Positions 38,536 through 50,560 of a stretch of DNA of 64,000 bases are shown one piece after another (within the stretch, counting starts at the first letter, position 1; the number at the start of each line of letters is the position of its first letter). The notes under the pieces were generated by a model. That model did not search any database and was not told the DNA's origin. It saw only the letters and a program-made list of their open reading frames with translations. The stretch comes from Squalus acanthias (Eukaryota): assembly GCA_030390025.1 (NCBI GenBank), contig CM059433.1, forward strand, positions 28,584,001-28,648,000, given 5' to 3'. A program made the position numbers and the translations under genes.

Positions 38536-39402
38536 TTCAATGTCAGGTGACACGTGTTGGGAGTAAGGAGAGTAGTCAGGTGGATTTTGTTTTCACCCTC
38601 TTCCATTTTATCAGGGAAGGCTATTGAAGGACGGTATAAATGGGTTCAGATGCAATTTTTGGACATAGAAAGAATGATAGAATCATTGAATGCTAGAATT
38701 TGGAGCACAGGAGAAGGCCATTCAACCCATCATGCCTATGCTGCTGCCCGTTTTTCAACTGAGCTGTCTATTTTCTTATCTTAGTTTCCCAGCCCTTTCC
38801 CTGTATCCTTTTACATTCTTCCTCTTCAAGTACTTATCCATTTTAAATGATGTTTCTGTTCGGAAACGGTTAATTTCTTAATATTAACTTTTAGCTTTTG
38901 CCTGCTAACTGTTAGAAGGCTGGAAATGTCAGTTTCATTTTCAGTGAAATTAAAAGTTTCCAGACAGAGCCGTTTAGCTGCTAAGCATTCAGCTACAAGC
39001 TTTCTTTGTCCAAGCCTCATAGACATCGCCGCTGTCCTCCTAGGGATTAACTCCTCCAAGGACATACCTGCGCAAGGCAAGTGATAGCTCGCCTGTAGGA
39101 GAGTCTCGGGTCCCTGTAACTGTCTCCAGTTCAATGACGTGATTGACAATTCAGTCGAGGTGAAGGCTTGGAGAGTGATTCTCGTTAAAACTGAAGCCCA
39201 GCTAATTGGATGAGGTAAGATGGAAACATGCGGATTCTCACGTAGCCAGAGTGAAAGAAAGGTAGAGGGGGTGCGGAGGGGGGGGGGGGTTAGAACAGAT
39301 ACGTCAGAATTCAACAAGGCTTGGCCAACCATTCCTCTCCAGCTCGAAACCTGTGAGGCGGTGAATTCTCCAGCAATTCGATTATACCATGTGTCCCAAA
39401 TA

Positions 39403-39962
39403 TATGTGTAATTATTATTAGTAATAGTTATCACTATATATGTGTAATTATTAGTAATAGTTATCATTGTATATGTGTAATTATTAGTCATAATAGTTAT
39501 CACTGTATATGTGTAATTATTAGTAATAGTTATCATTGTAAATGTGTAATTATTAGTCATAATAGTTATCACTGTATATGTGTAATTATTAGTAATAGTT
39601 ATCACTGTATATGTGTAATTATTAGTCATAATAGTTATCACTGTATATGTGTAATTATTAGTAATAGTTATCACTGTATATGTGTAATTATTAGTAATAG
39701 TTATCATTGTAATTGTGTAATTATTCATCATAATAGTTATGGTTTATGTGTAATTATTAGTAATAGTTATCACTGTATATGTGTCATTATTATTATGATT
39801 CACTCATAGTAACTTTACCTGAAGAAGGGGCGATCAATAGCTCCGAAAGCTTGTAATTTTAAATAAATCTGTTGGACTATAACCTGGTGTTGTGCGACTT
39901 CTCATTATTATTAGTAATAGTTATCACTATATATGTGTAATTATTAGTAATAGTTATCACTG
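39403..39962. repeat. AT-rich 33/36-bp minisatellite TATATGTGTAATTATTAGT(CAT)AATAGTTATCACTG
   Basis: Direct reading; interrupted at 39796-39901. Confidence 0.95.
39796..39901 (+). ncRNA. Short element with minimal type I hammerhead ribozyme (core 39815-39856)
   Basis: UUAC-CUGAAGA-A-GGGGC[gaucaaua]GCUCC-GAAA-GC-UU-GUAA; flanking duplication TCATTATTATTA at 39784-39795 and 39902-39913. Confidence 0.78.
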
Positions 39963-40244
39963 AATCCTTAATTCCTATGAAAGCCAATAAATGCCTTTGA
40001 ACGCTATTATTTTGTGGAACAACTTATAAACTGATAAGTAACAACGTCCGTTCCTTATCAGTTACCATCTTGATATAACAGATATATAACATAATGTAAC
40101 AATAATTATATTAGATAATTCTATGAAATAAACATAAAAGATGAGAATTAATAAATATAATTGGTGAGAAGGTGGGGCTGATTACGTTTTAATGGTATAG
40201 GTTTGTTAGATGTAATGGCCTTTTTGCTGTCCCTTGAAAGATCT

Positions 40245-41510
40245 TGGGGCCGATTTTGCCCTGATTTCGGCTGCAGATGGAGTGTAATGGGCCAGGAAAT
40301 AGGCCGGAAATCATCCTGACCGATTTCCGCCTATTTTGCTCTCCGTTGAAATTTACCGGTCAGGTGTGGGGCAAGACTGGGGAAGCACACGCCTGCCTGA
40401 AGCAAGTGGAAATTTCATGAAGATATTTAAAGTGGAGCAAAATTCTGTCTGTAGGAGGTTGACATGAATTTGTGCCGTTTACAACCCCTAAAAGATTTGT
40501 TCCCCATTCCGCCCACACGCCTTGAGCTTTGTTCAGCTCAAATGGGCTCTTTTATAAAGGGCTGACAACACATACGGTTGGAGATCACTGATGGCTGTTC
40601 CATCTGGTATTCAATCCTAAGACTCCTAATCAACATTCTAGATGGCTTGTGTATATCTGGGAGTTAGTTTTAAACTGAGCCTGGCCTTATATCAATATCA
40701 ATAAATTACACCAAGATCCCTCATAGGCCAACTAGGTAAGGAATCTCAAAATGCTAGAGACCAATTCTACCTACTGTTCGCCTGCCTTCGGACACCTGTG
40801 CAATATCCACATACACCGGTTAAACAGAGGTGCAATGAAGCACATGCTTCGATGATGAGAGCTGTATTCGTGCACACAATATTAAATCTTCAAATACTAA
40901 TTCCAATAATTCGACAGGTCCTGGGCTTGCTCCAATACAGCCCAGCCAACTGTTACATATCATCACGGTTTGCTGCACAATTTTGCTATGCAATGAGGAT
41001 TACACATGGAGCTACAAGAGAAGAGGGTTTTCCTACAGCCTGCAGGAGGAGGGTCTTCAGGGAGAAGGGACACGCAGCGTCGAGCATGCTGAGTAGGCTG
41101 ATGGGGAACAACAGTTGCCAATGCCAGATACGTCCAGCCAGATCTGATTAATGAGTCCTTCACATAATATCTCCCTAGCCTAACCCTGCATTAAGAGCCC
41201 TGCCAACCATTATCCCAGTCCCCGCAAATATGCACTGTCTGCACTACAAGCAACATCTGCTTCCTCAACTGCCAAGCTGTCCATTCATCTCACTTCAGAT
41301 TCCAATCTACAATGCCATTGCAGGAAGACTTTGCAAAGGAAATGCCAACTCATGTTATTTCCTATCTTGCCACCATGCTGTTGTTCTCCACCCTAGTGTT
41401 TGTCTGCAGTGCTGTAAGGGGCGATTTGAAACCAGGCGGAAATCGGGCGGCTGTGCAGTTAAAATCGGCCGGGAACTTACCCGCCAACGTCATTCCCGCA
41501 GTCTGGAATT
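40245..41510 (+). mobile_element. Decayed Harbinger-like element with transposase C-terminal remnant
   Basis: End GGGGCCGATTTTGCC; RCNEAHAS..LQYSP remnant at ~40820-41000 parallels the 30520-30680 motifs. Confidence 0.5.
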
Positions 41511-41554
41511 TTAATCTGCTCTTTTTGAGCGGAACCGGCAGGGTCCTTCTTTAA

Positions 41555-42100
41555 TCATAGAATAGTACAGCACAGAAGGAGGCCATTCGACCCATCGAGT
41601 CTGTGTCTGCTCTTTTGAAGAGCAATCCAGTAAGTCCCATGGCCCCGCTCTTTCCCCAAATCCCTGCAATTTTTTTCTCCTTCAAGTATTTAACCAATTC
41701 CCTTTTGAAGGCTACGATTGAATCTGTTTCCACCACCCTATCAGGCAGCGCATTCCAAATCCTAACCACTCGTTGCATAAAAAAGTTTTTCCTCATGTCG
41801 CCTCTGGTTCTTTTACCAATCACCTTAAATCTGTGCCGTCTGGTTATCGACCCTTCAGCCATTGGAAACAGTTTCTCTTTACTTACTCTATCTAAACTTT
41901 TTATGATTTTAAACGCCTCTATCAAATCTCCTCTTAGCCTTCTCTGCTCTAAGGAGAACAATCCCAGCTTCTCCAGTCTTTCCACGTAACTGAAGTCCCT
42001 CATCCCTGGTAACATTCTAGTAAATCTCCTCTGTACCCTCTCCAAGGGCTGGACATCCTTCCTAAAGTGGGGTGCCCAGAATTGGACTCAATACTCCAGC
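41555..42100 (-). mobile_element. CR1 3' fragment
   Basis: ORF 41551-42045 is CR1 ORF2 C-terminus. Confidence 0.9.
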
Positions 42101-43349
42101 ATTACCAGATCTTAAGATCTCTGTTCTAAAAGCCTGTGGGAGAGGCCACTTCAAGAGGTTAGTTCCAAAATCTCATGAAAGTAAAAGGATGTAACTGTAA
42201 GTCTCCCATCCTTGGAACCATAAATATGCAAAGTGGGCTGTGTTGACATCATGGGGGCCCCCGACTGCGATTTTAGCTGGTGGCCTGAGTGGAGGGGGGG
42301 AAAGGTACGGGGATGGGGGAGGGGAGCTGCTGTGTCTTTCACACAGCGGGAAGAGGAGCCGAGGTCCGAAGAGGAAGGAGTACCCCTCTCGGCCGCAGAA
42401 GGAAAGTTTAGGCCTCCCCTGCCCTGCCCCACCTTTCCGACCGTGATACCCAATCACAGAACTTACCTGAGTGCCGGGGGGGGGACTGTTCCTTCGGTCC
42501 CGGGAGGTGGACCCCTGCAGCCCGACATTTCGCTCCTGCTCACCGCCGGTTTCGGGTGGGCAACTAACCGGGGGCATGTAGGTGAGGTTCAGGAGTTGGA
42601 ATCGCCGAGGCCGGGGGTGGGGGGTGGGCGCTCGCCTCGACCACCTAATTCCCGCTTGGTGTTAAAGTCGGGCCTGCAGTGTCTAGTCTGGTGCTCAGTG
42701 GCTGGTGTGTTGCGGTCAAAGGCTCCCGAATTGGTGATGGCTGACTGGCGCTGCTAGGTTTCTGTCATCCCGTACAGGCATTGGCAAGGGGAACGAGGGG
42801 CAGCAACATCATCCACGCCCTTTGTGTGCCCGCCCCTGCAACTGGGCTCTGCTTCAGCACACCCGCTCCTCTGCGGGAGAGCAGACTTGAGGAGAGCATG
42901 GAGAGATGACTGAAGCCCCTAAGCCATGCGATCTGACCTGGACAAGGTGGAGGAAGCAATAGAGGCCTGCATGGCTGTAAACTCAATCATTCTTGATGGT
43001 TGTTACAGGCAGTAGCACTTTGCACTTTTTACCAATTTTCCTAGATGAGACTGTGGCTTAGAAATTGGTTAAGGCCTAAAAACGGGCGTGGGAATCGCGA
43101 TGCGCGATCAACCCACGCCCGTTCCTTCCGATGCAGGCAGCACGTAAACTTTGTGCTGCCTGCTAATTTACACAATTGCTGTATGCAGCCCAGCGCTAAA
43201 CACGTTGCTGGGTGGCTGCACGCTCAGCAGGGGGCACAAGTTCGTGCAATTAAAGCCAGCCTGCACCACTTAAAGGGGAGGTGCAGTTTGACGAGAGCAG
43301 GTGCTGGAAGTCATTGCAGAAGGGAGTTTCACCTAGGAAACACACAGGA

Positions 43350-43589
43350 ATGGCACAACATGCCAGAGAGAGGGTTCCAAGGTTCTCCAACGCGGCACTG
43401 GATGCCTTAGTGCAGGAGGTGGAAAGGAGGAGAGAGGTCCTGGATCTGCAGAGGTCCAGGAGGCCCTCCAGACAGACACTGCGACGTCAGTGGGAGCAGA
43501 CAGCGGTGGAGGTCAATGCCAGGAGTGTTGCACCGATGACCTGGATACAGTGCCAAAAGAAATTCAATAACCTCACACGAGCGGTCAAG
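43350..43589 (+). CDS. Harbinger Myb/SANT-like DNA-binding protein, exon 1 (80 codons, intact)
   Basis: MAQHARERVPRFSNAALDALVQEVERRREVL...RRQWEQTAVEVNA..WIQCQKKFNNL; donor AAG|GTCAGT; downstream exons absent. Confidence 0.75.
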
Positions 43590-43832
43590 GTCAGTGAATG
43601 CATCTTCAAATGCCATATCCCACCAACTGCACCACCAACCTCACACACTGCTCAATTCACCAGAACCCCATTACTCACCTACCAACAATCTCTATCAATC
43701 ACGACTCATACCTCATATTCATATGCTTCACCTCACCCTCACACAGTTACCACTGCTGCAAGCCTCACACCCACATCTCACACCTTGCACACACTGCCAA
43801 CTATTCAACCATGACAGGCACATCATCCAAAC

Positions 43833-44139
43833 ACCTTGACAGCCACTGGCAAGGTGGTCCTCGTCCTGCTCTGAGGCTGCAGTTCTGCCTGCAACAAGTG
43901 GCAGATGTCAGTGAGCACCTCCTTAGTGAAGCGGAGACGTTGCATGCACTGTCCCTCATTGAGGTTGAGGTAGGAGAACTACTCCCTGAAGACCCTGAGT
44001 AGATATGGCCTCCTGCTGAGAGCCCTTCTCCCCATCTCCTCCTTCTCCCACTTCTTGCAGCTTGTCCTCCTCTGTGCCGCCTCTGCTCATTCTCCCTGTC
44101 ATGCTGCAGGCCAAGGGGGATACAAACTACTGCACCCAT
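43833..44139 (-). pseudogene. Harbinger transposase N-terminus
   Basis: RRPYLLRVFRE*FSYLNLNEGQCMQRLRFTKEVLTDICHLLQAELQPQSRTRTTLPVAVKV; one stop and one frameshift. Confidence 0.8.
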
Positions 44140-44789
44140 GTCTGGGAGCAACTGGTCTGAGCAGAAGCCTTGCAAGTCAGTCCCAAGTCGTTGAGCACGT
44201 GCCACACCACTCCTTGTAGACTTTAGGCAACGTTAAAGAACTCTAGAAAGCACCAAACACTTCAGCAAACTCAGCAGCAGCTAGTAGAAATCAATCAGCA
44301 ACTAAGTCAGTGATGATCCCTTTAAATAGTACTGGCTAAGTTAGCTCCAGCGTTGAGGTCGAAAATGGCAGCGCTGGCATTAAATCAGCGTTGACTGACG
44401 TCATGATCTGTCTACTCTGCATACTTCCGGCGCACGCTCCCTGTGCCGACGCAAATGTGCTCACCAAATTGGCGTCTGGCGTGGCATAAATGTGCGTGCG
44501 CTGCATGGATGCCATTTTGGACACAAAATGGCACCCATAGCACCGAAAAACCTATGGATCCGAATTTCGCGGCTAGAGGCTTAATTTATATGGTGATGTT
44601 GCTACGAAGTTAAATTCAGTTCACAAACCGTTAACTCTCAGAAACACACAAGCTCTTGAGGATGTTGATTAGGATCACCAGATGATGTAAGCTATCGGAA
44701 TTGCGTATTCGTACGTGTCAGATCCATTTGAGACAATGAAGAATCATCCAGCACTTGCCAAAGAGGGTCACACTTTATGACTCACACAG

Positions 44790-45155
44790 TGATAGACTTT
44801 TGACTCTGATTCAGGAGTTTGTGGGTTCAAGCCCCACTACAGCACTTGGGCACATAATCTAGGCTAACATCTAAGTGCAGTAGAGAGGGAGTGGTACATT
44901 GTTGGGAGAGATGCCTATTCAGGTGAAGGATCACGTGGCACTATTTGAAGAAGAGCAGGGTCATGCTCCCAGTGTCCTGGCCCACATTTATCCCTCAATC
45001 AACACCACCAAAAGAGATTAACTGATTAACTCATTGCTGTTTATGGAATCTTCTGCGCACAAATTGGCTGCTGCATTTGGCTATCTAACAGGCACTACAT
45101 TGATTGTAAAACACTATGGGACATCCTGAGAACATGAATGGTGCTTTATAACGTT
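44790..45155 (+). mobile_element. Diverged DeuSINE
   Basis: Degenerate head, core and tail. Confidence 0.7.
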
Positions 45156-45444
45156 GGAATAGTTTTTCTTCAGAGGCACCCTGCAGGAGGCTTAGCTGAA
45201 GAGACAAGCTGGTTGCCATTATTTCCATACCAAGGGACAAGAGGTTTCTTCATTCATGCGGTAACTTTGATTGGCAGCTCAGTGAGCCAATGCTTGACAC
45301 AGAACTGAGGGAGGTGCCAGAGGTCAACGGTTGTCTTTCCCTCAGGGTGCAACATTCGGGAGACTGGAACAGTGAGAGAGGCAAAGAAGTCTCACTTTCT
45401 CTCCAGCTAGTGAGTGAAGTATGAGGCTCTAGATTAAGATATAT

Positions 45445-45825
45445 AGAAAGAAAGACTTGCATTTATATCACGTCTTTCACAACCTTAGGACGTTCCAAAA
45501 AATTTCACAGCCAATAACGTACTTTTGAAGTGCAGTCACCGCTGTAATGTAGGAAACGCGGCACAGCAAGCTCCCACAAACAGCAACGTGATAATGGCCA
45601 GATAATCTGTTTTTAGTGATGTTGGTTAAGGGGCGAACTCCCCTGCTCTTTGAAATAGTTGAGAGGTCGCACAACACCAGGTTATAGTCCAACAGTTTTA
45701 TTTGAAATCACAAGCTTTCGGAACTATCGCTCCTTCCTCAGGTGAAGGTGAAATAGTGCCATGGGAACTTTTACTTCCACCTGAGAGGGCAGACGGGCCT
45801 CGGTTTAACAGCTCATCCGAAAGGG
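45445..45825 (-). mobile_element. DeuSINE 3' part, interrupted at 45660-45748
   Basis: Reverse-complement match. Confidence 0.85.
45660..45748 (-). ncRNA. 89-bp insert with minimal type I hammerhead ribozyme (core 45708-45745)
   Basis: Minus strand UCAC-CUGAGGA-A-GGAGC[gaua]GUUCC-GAAA-GC-UU-GUGA; TSD TGAAATAGT at 45651-45659 and 45749-45757. Confidence 0.8.
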
Positions 45826-46010
45826 TCACATGTTGGCCAGACTGGGTAACGGTTAGAGGTTCCCTTTCCTGAAGAACGTAAGTGTACCAGTTTGGGTTCA
45901 TATGAAAATCTGATAGCTTTTATTGAATTTAATTCCACTTCGTACCATGGTAAGATATGAACTCTCAACATCTGAGGTCTGGGTCCAGTACCATAACCAC
46001 TATCCTATCA
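45826..46010 (-). mobile_element. Degenerate tRNA-derived SINE of another family
   Basis: Minus strand ggatagtggttatggtactggac...gagttcatatcttacca has A/B-box-like motifs. Confidence 0.45.
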
Positions 46011-46129
46011 TACTGGTGTAGGAGCGGCTGGCATTGGCGCTCTGCCAAGCTTCTTCTTCAACTATCTGTGCAACACAGCGTGCACCCAAAGGGAACGCGG
46101 TGCCCCTCCTCTCTCAAACTTGGTCCAGT

Positions 46130-48630
46130 CCATCTCCATCACCCGATCTCCATCACGCCATCTCCATCACCCCATCTCCATCACCCCATCTCCACAACCC
46201 CATCTCCACCTCCCCATCTCCACCTCCCCATCTCCATCACCCCATCTCCACCTCCCCATCTCCACCTCCCCATCTCCACAACCCCATCTCCACCACCCCA
46301 TCTCCACCTCCCCATCTCCATCACCCCATCTCCACCTCCCCATCTCCACCTCCCCAACTCCACAACTCCATCTCCATCACCCCATCTCCACCTCCCCATC
46401 TCCATCACCCCATCTCCACCTCCCCATCTCCACCTCCCCATCTCCACCTCCCCATCTCCACAACCCCATCTCCACCTCCCCATCTCCACCTCCCCATCTC
46501 CACCTCCCCATCTTCACCACCCCATCTCCATCACCCCATCTCCACAACCCAATCTCCACCTCCCCATCTCCACCTCCCCATCTCCATCACCCCATCTCCA
46601 CCTCCCCATCTCCACCTCCCCATCTCCACAACCCCATCTCCACCACCCCATCTCCACCTCCCCATCTCCATCACCCCATCTCCACCTCCCATCTCCACCT
46701 CCCCAACTCCAAAACTCCATCTCCATCACCCCATCTCCACCTCCCCATCTCCATCACCCCATCTCCACCTCCCCATCTCCACCTCCCCATCTCCACAACC
46801 CCATCTCCACCTCCCCATCTCCACCTCCCCATCTCCACCTCCCCATCTTCACCACCCCATCTCCATCACCCCATCTCCACAACCCCATCTCCACCTCCCC
46901 ATCTCCACCTCCCCATCTCCACCTCCCCATCTCCACCACCCCATCTCCACCACCCCATCTCCACCACCCATCTCCACCTCCCCATCTCCACCTCCCCATC
47001 TCCACCTCCCCATCTCCACCACCCCATCTCCACCACCCCATCTCTACCACCCCGTCTCCACCTCCCCATCTCCACCACCCCATCTCCACAACCCCATCTC
47101 CACCACCCCATCTCCACCTCCCCATCTCCATCACCCCATCTCCACAACCCCATCTCCACCTCCCCATCTCCACCACCCCATCTCCATCACCCCATCTCCA
47201 CCTCCCCATCTCCACCTCCCCATCTCCACCTCCCCATCTCCACAACCCCATCTCCACCTCCCCATCTCCACCTCTCCATCACCATCACCCCTTCTCCACC
47301 TCCCCATCTCCATGACCCCATCTCCACCTCCCCATCTCCATCACCCCATCTCCACCACCCCATCTCCACCTCCCCATCTCCACCTCCCCATCTCCACCTC
47401 CCCATCTCCACCTCCCCATCTCCACCTTCCCATCTCCATCACCCCATCTCCACCTCCCCATCTCCACCTCCCCATCTCCATCACCCCATCTCCACCTCCC
47501 CATCTCCATCACCCCATCTCCACCTCCCCATCTCCACAACCCCATCTCCACCTTCCCATCTCCATCACCCCATCTCCACCACCCCATCTCCACCACCCCA
47601 TCTCCACCTCCCCATCTCCACCTCCCATCTCCACCTCCCCATCTCCACCTCCCCATCTCCACAACCCCATCTCCACCTCCCCATCTCCATCACCCCATCT
47701 CCACCACCCCATCTCCACCTCCCCATCTCCACCTCCCCAACTCCACAACTCCATCTCCATCACCCCATCTCCACCTCCCCATCTCCATCACCCCATCTCC
47801 ACCTCCCCATCTCCACCTCCCCATCTCCACCTCCCCATCTCCACAACCCCATCTCCACCTCCCCATCTCCACCTCCCCATCTCCACCTCCCCATCTCCAC
47901 CTCCCCATCTTCACCACCCCATCTCCATCACCCCATCTCCACAACCCCATCTCCACCTCCCCATCTCCACCTCCCCATCTCCACCACCCAACTCCACCTC
48001 CCCATCTCCACCTCCCCATCTCCACCTCCCCTTCTCCACCACCCCGTCTCCACCACCCCGTCTCCACCTCCCCATCTCCACCACCCCATCTCCACAACCC
48101 CATCTCCACCTCCCCATCTCCATCACCCCATCTCCACAACCCCATCTCCACCTCCCCATCTCCATCACCCCATCTCCACCACCCCATCTCCACCACCCCA
48201 TCTCCACCTCCCCATCTCCACCTCCCCATCTCCACCTCCCCATCTCCACCTCCCCATCTCCACCTCCCCATCTCCACCTCCCATCTCCACCTCCCCATCT
48301 CCACCTCCCCATCTCCACCACCCCATCTCCACCACCCCATCTCCACCTTCCCATCTCCATCACCCCATCTCCACCTCCCCATCTCCACCTCCCCATCTCC
48401 ATCACCCCATCTCCACCTCCCCATCTCCATCACCCCATCTCCACCTCCCCATCTCCACAACCCCATCTCCACCTTCCCATCTCCATCACCCCATCTCCAC
48501 AACCCCATCTCCACCACCCCATCTCCACCTCCCCATCTCCACCTCCCCATCTCCATCACCCCATCTCCACCTCCCCATCTCCACCTCCCCATCTCCATCA
48601 TCCCATCACCATCACCCCATCTCCACCATC
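46130..48630. repeat. 14-bp minisatellite (CCCCATCTCCACCT)n, ~175 units with variants
   Basis: Direct reading; 14-aa periodicity in the spurious ORFs. Confidence 0.97.
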
Positions 48631-50560
48631 CATGAGGTGCTGTGGGCCATCATCATCAGCAGAATTGTATTCCACCACAATCTGTAACCTCATGGCCTGG
48701 CATATCCCTCACTCTACCATCACCATCAAGCCAGGGGACCAACCTGAGTTCAATGAGGAGTATAGAAGAGCATGCCAGGAGCAGCACCAGGCCGTTCCTA
48801 AAAATGAGGTGGCAACCTGGGGAAGCTGCAACTCAGGACTACATGCATGCTAAACAGTGGAAACAGCATGCAATAGACAGAGCTAAGCGATCGCACAACC
48901 AACGGATCAGATCAAAGCTCTGCAGTCCTGCCACAGCCAGTCGTGAATGGTGGTGGACAATTAAACAACTGATGGGAGAAGGAGACTCCATGAATATTCC
49001 CATCCTCAATGATCGGAGCCCAGCACACGAGTGCAAAAGACAAGGCTGAAGCGTTTGCAACCATCTTCAGCCAGAAGTACCGAGTGGATGATCCATCTCG
49101 GCGTGTCCCCACCATCACAGAAGCCAGTCTTCAGCCAATCGATTCACTCCATGTGATATCAAGAAATGGCTGAGCGCAATGGATACAGCAAAGGCTATGG
49201 GCCCCGACAACATCCCGGCTGTCGTGCTGAAGACTTGTGCTCCAGAACTAGCCGCGCCTCTAGCCAAGCTGTTCCCGTACAGCTACAACACTGTGGAAAA
49301 CTGTCCAGGTATGTCCTGTTCACAAAAAGCAGGACAAATCCAATCTGGCCAATTACCGCCCCATCAGTCTACTCTCAATCATCAGCAAAGTGAATGAAGG
49401 TGTCGTCGACAGTGCTATCAAGCGGCACTTACTCAACAATAACCTGCTCACTGATGCTCAGTTTGGGCTCCACCAGGACCACTCAGCTCCAAATCTCATT
49501 ACAGCCTTGGTCCAAACATGGACAAAAAAGCTGAATTCTCAGCCCCCAGGATATTGCTGGAGGAGTTCCTCAGGGCAGTGTCCTAGGCCTAACCATCTTC
49601 AGCTGCTTCATCAAAGACCTACTCCATCATAAGCTCAGAAGTGGGGATGTTCGCTGATGATTGCACTGTGTTCAGTTCCATTCGCAACTCCTCAGATAAT
49701 GAAGCAGTCCATGCCCGCATGTAGCAAGACCTGGACCACAATCAGGCTTGGGCTGATAAGTGGCAGGTAACATTCATGCCACACAAGTGCCAGGCAATGA
49801 ATATCTCCAACAAGAGAGAGTCTAACCACCGCCCCTTGACATTCAACGGCATTAACATCGCCGAATCCCCCACCATTAACATCCTGGGGGGGGTCACCAT
49901 TGACCAGAAACTTAACTGGACCAGCCACATAAATACTGTGTCTACAAGAGCAGGTCAGAGGCTGGGTATTCTGCAGCGAGTGTCTCACCTCCTGACTCCC
50001 CAAAGCCTTTTCACCATCTACAAGGCACAAGTAAGGAGTGTGACGGAATACTCTCCACTTGCCTGGATGAGTGAAGCTCCAACACCACTCAAGAAGCTCG
50101 ACACCATCCAGGACAAAGCAGCCTGCTTGATTGGCAACCCATCCACCACCTTAAACATTCACTCCCTCCACCACTGGCGTACCGTGGCTGCAGTGTGTAC
50201 CATCTACAAGATGCACTGCAGCAACTCTTCAAGGCTTCTTCGACAGCACTTCCTAAACCCGCGACCTCTACCACTTAGAAGGACAAGGGCAGCAGGCGCA
50301 TGGGAACACCACCACCTCCAAGTTCCCCTCCAAGTCATACACCATACTGACTTGGAAATATATCACTGTTCCTTCATTGTCGCTGGGTCAATAACCTGGA
50401 ACTCCCTCCCTAACAGCACTGTGGGGGTACCTTCACCACACGGACTGCAGCGGTTTAAGAAGGCGGCTCACCACCACCTTGTCAAGGACAGTTAGGGATG
50501 GGCAATAAATGCTGGCCTTGCCAGCAACGCTCACATCCCAGGAATGAATAAAACAAAAAA
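48630..50560 (+). mobile_element. 5'-truncated CR1-group LINE (non-canonical CR1/Crack/L2-like), decayed RT with internal deletion near 49540
   Basis: GPDNIPAVVLKTCAPELAAPL, NYRPISLLS, GVPQGSVLGL, MFADD, WADKWQV, IYKAQVRS..EYS; AATAAA and A-rich tail. Confidence 0.9.

Larger units (their letters stand above)
43054..44574. mobile_element. Internally deleted PIF/Harbinger element with the 5' ends of both convergent genes
   Basis: Degenerate TIR-like ends (ggcttagaaattgg / cgaatttcgcggct); Myb exon on +, transposase N-terminus on -. Confidence 0.8.

Noticed and set aside
45957..48853. 939-, 855- and 452-aa Pro/His/Ser-rich (extensin-like) ORFs
   Set aside because: Translations of the 14-bp minisatellite; open in all three frames
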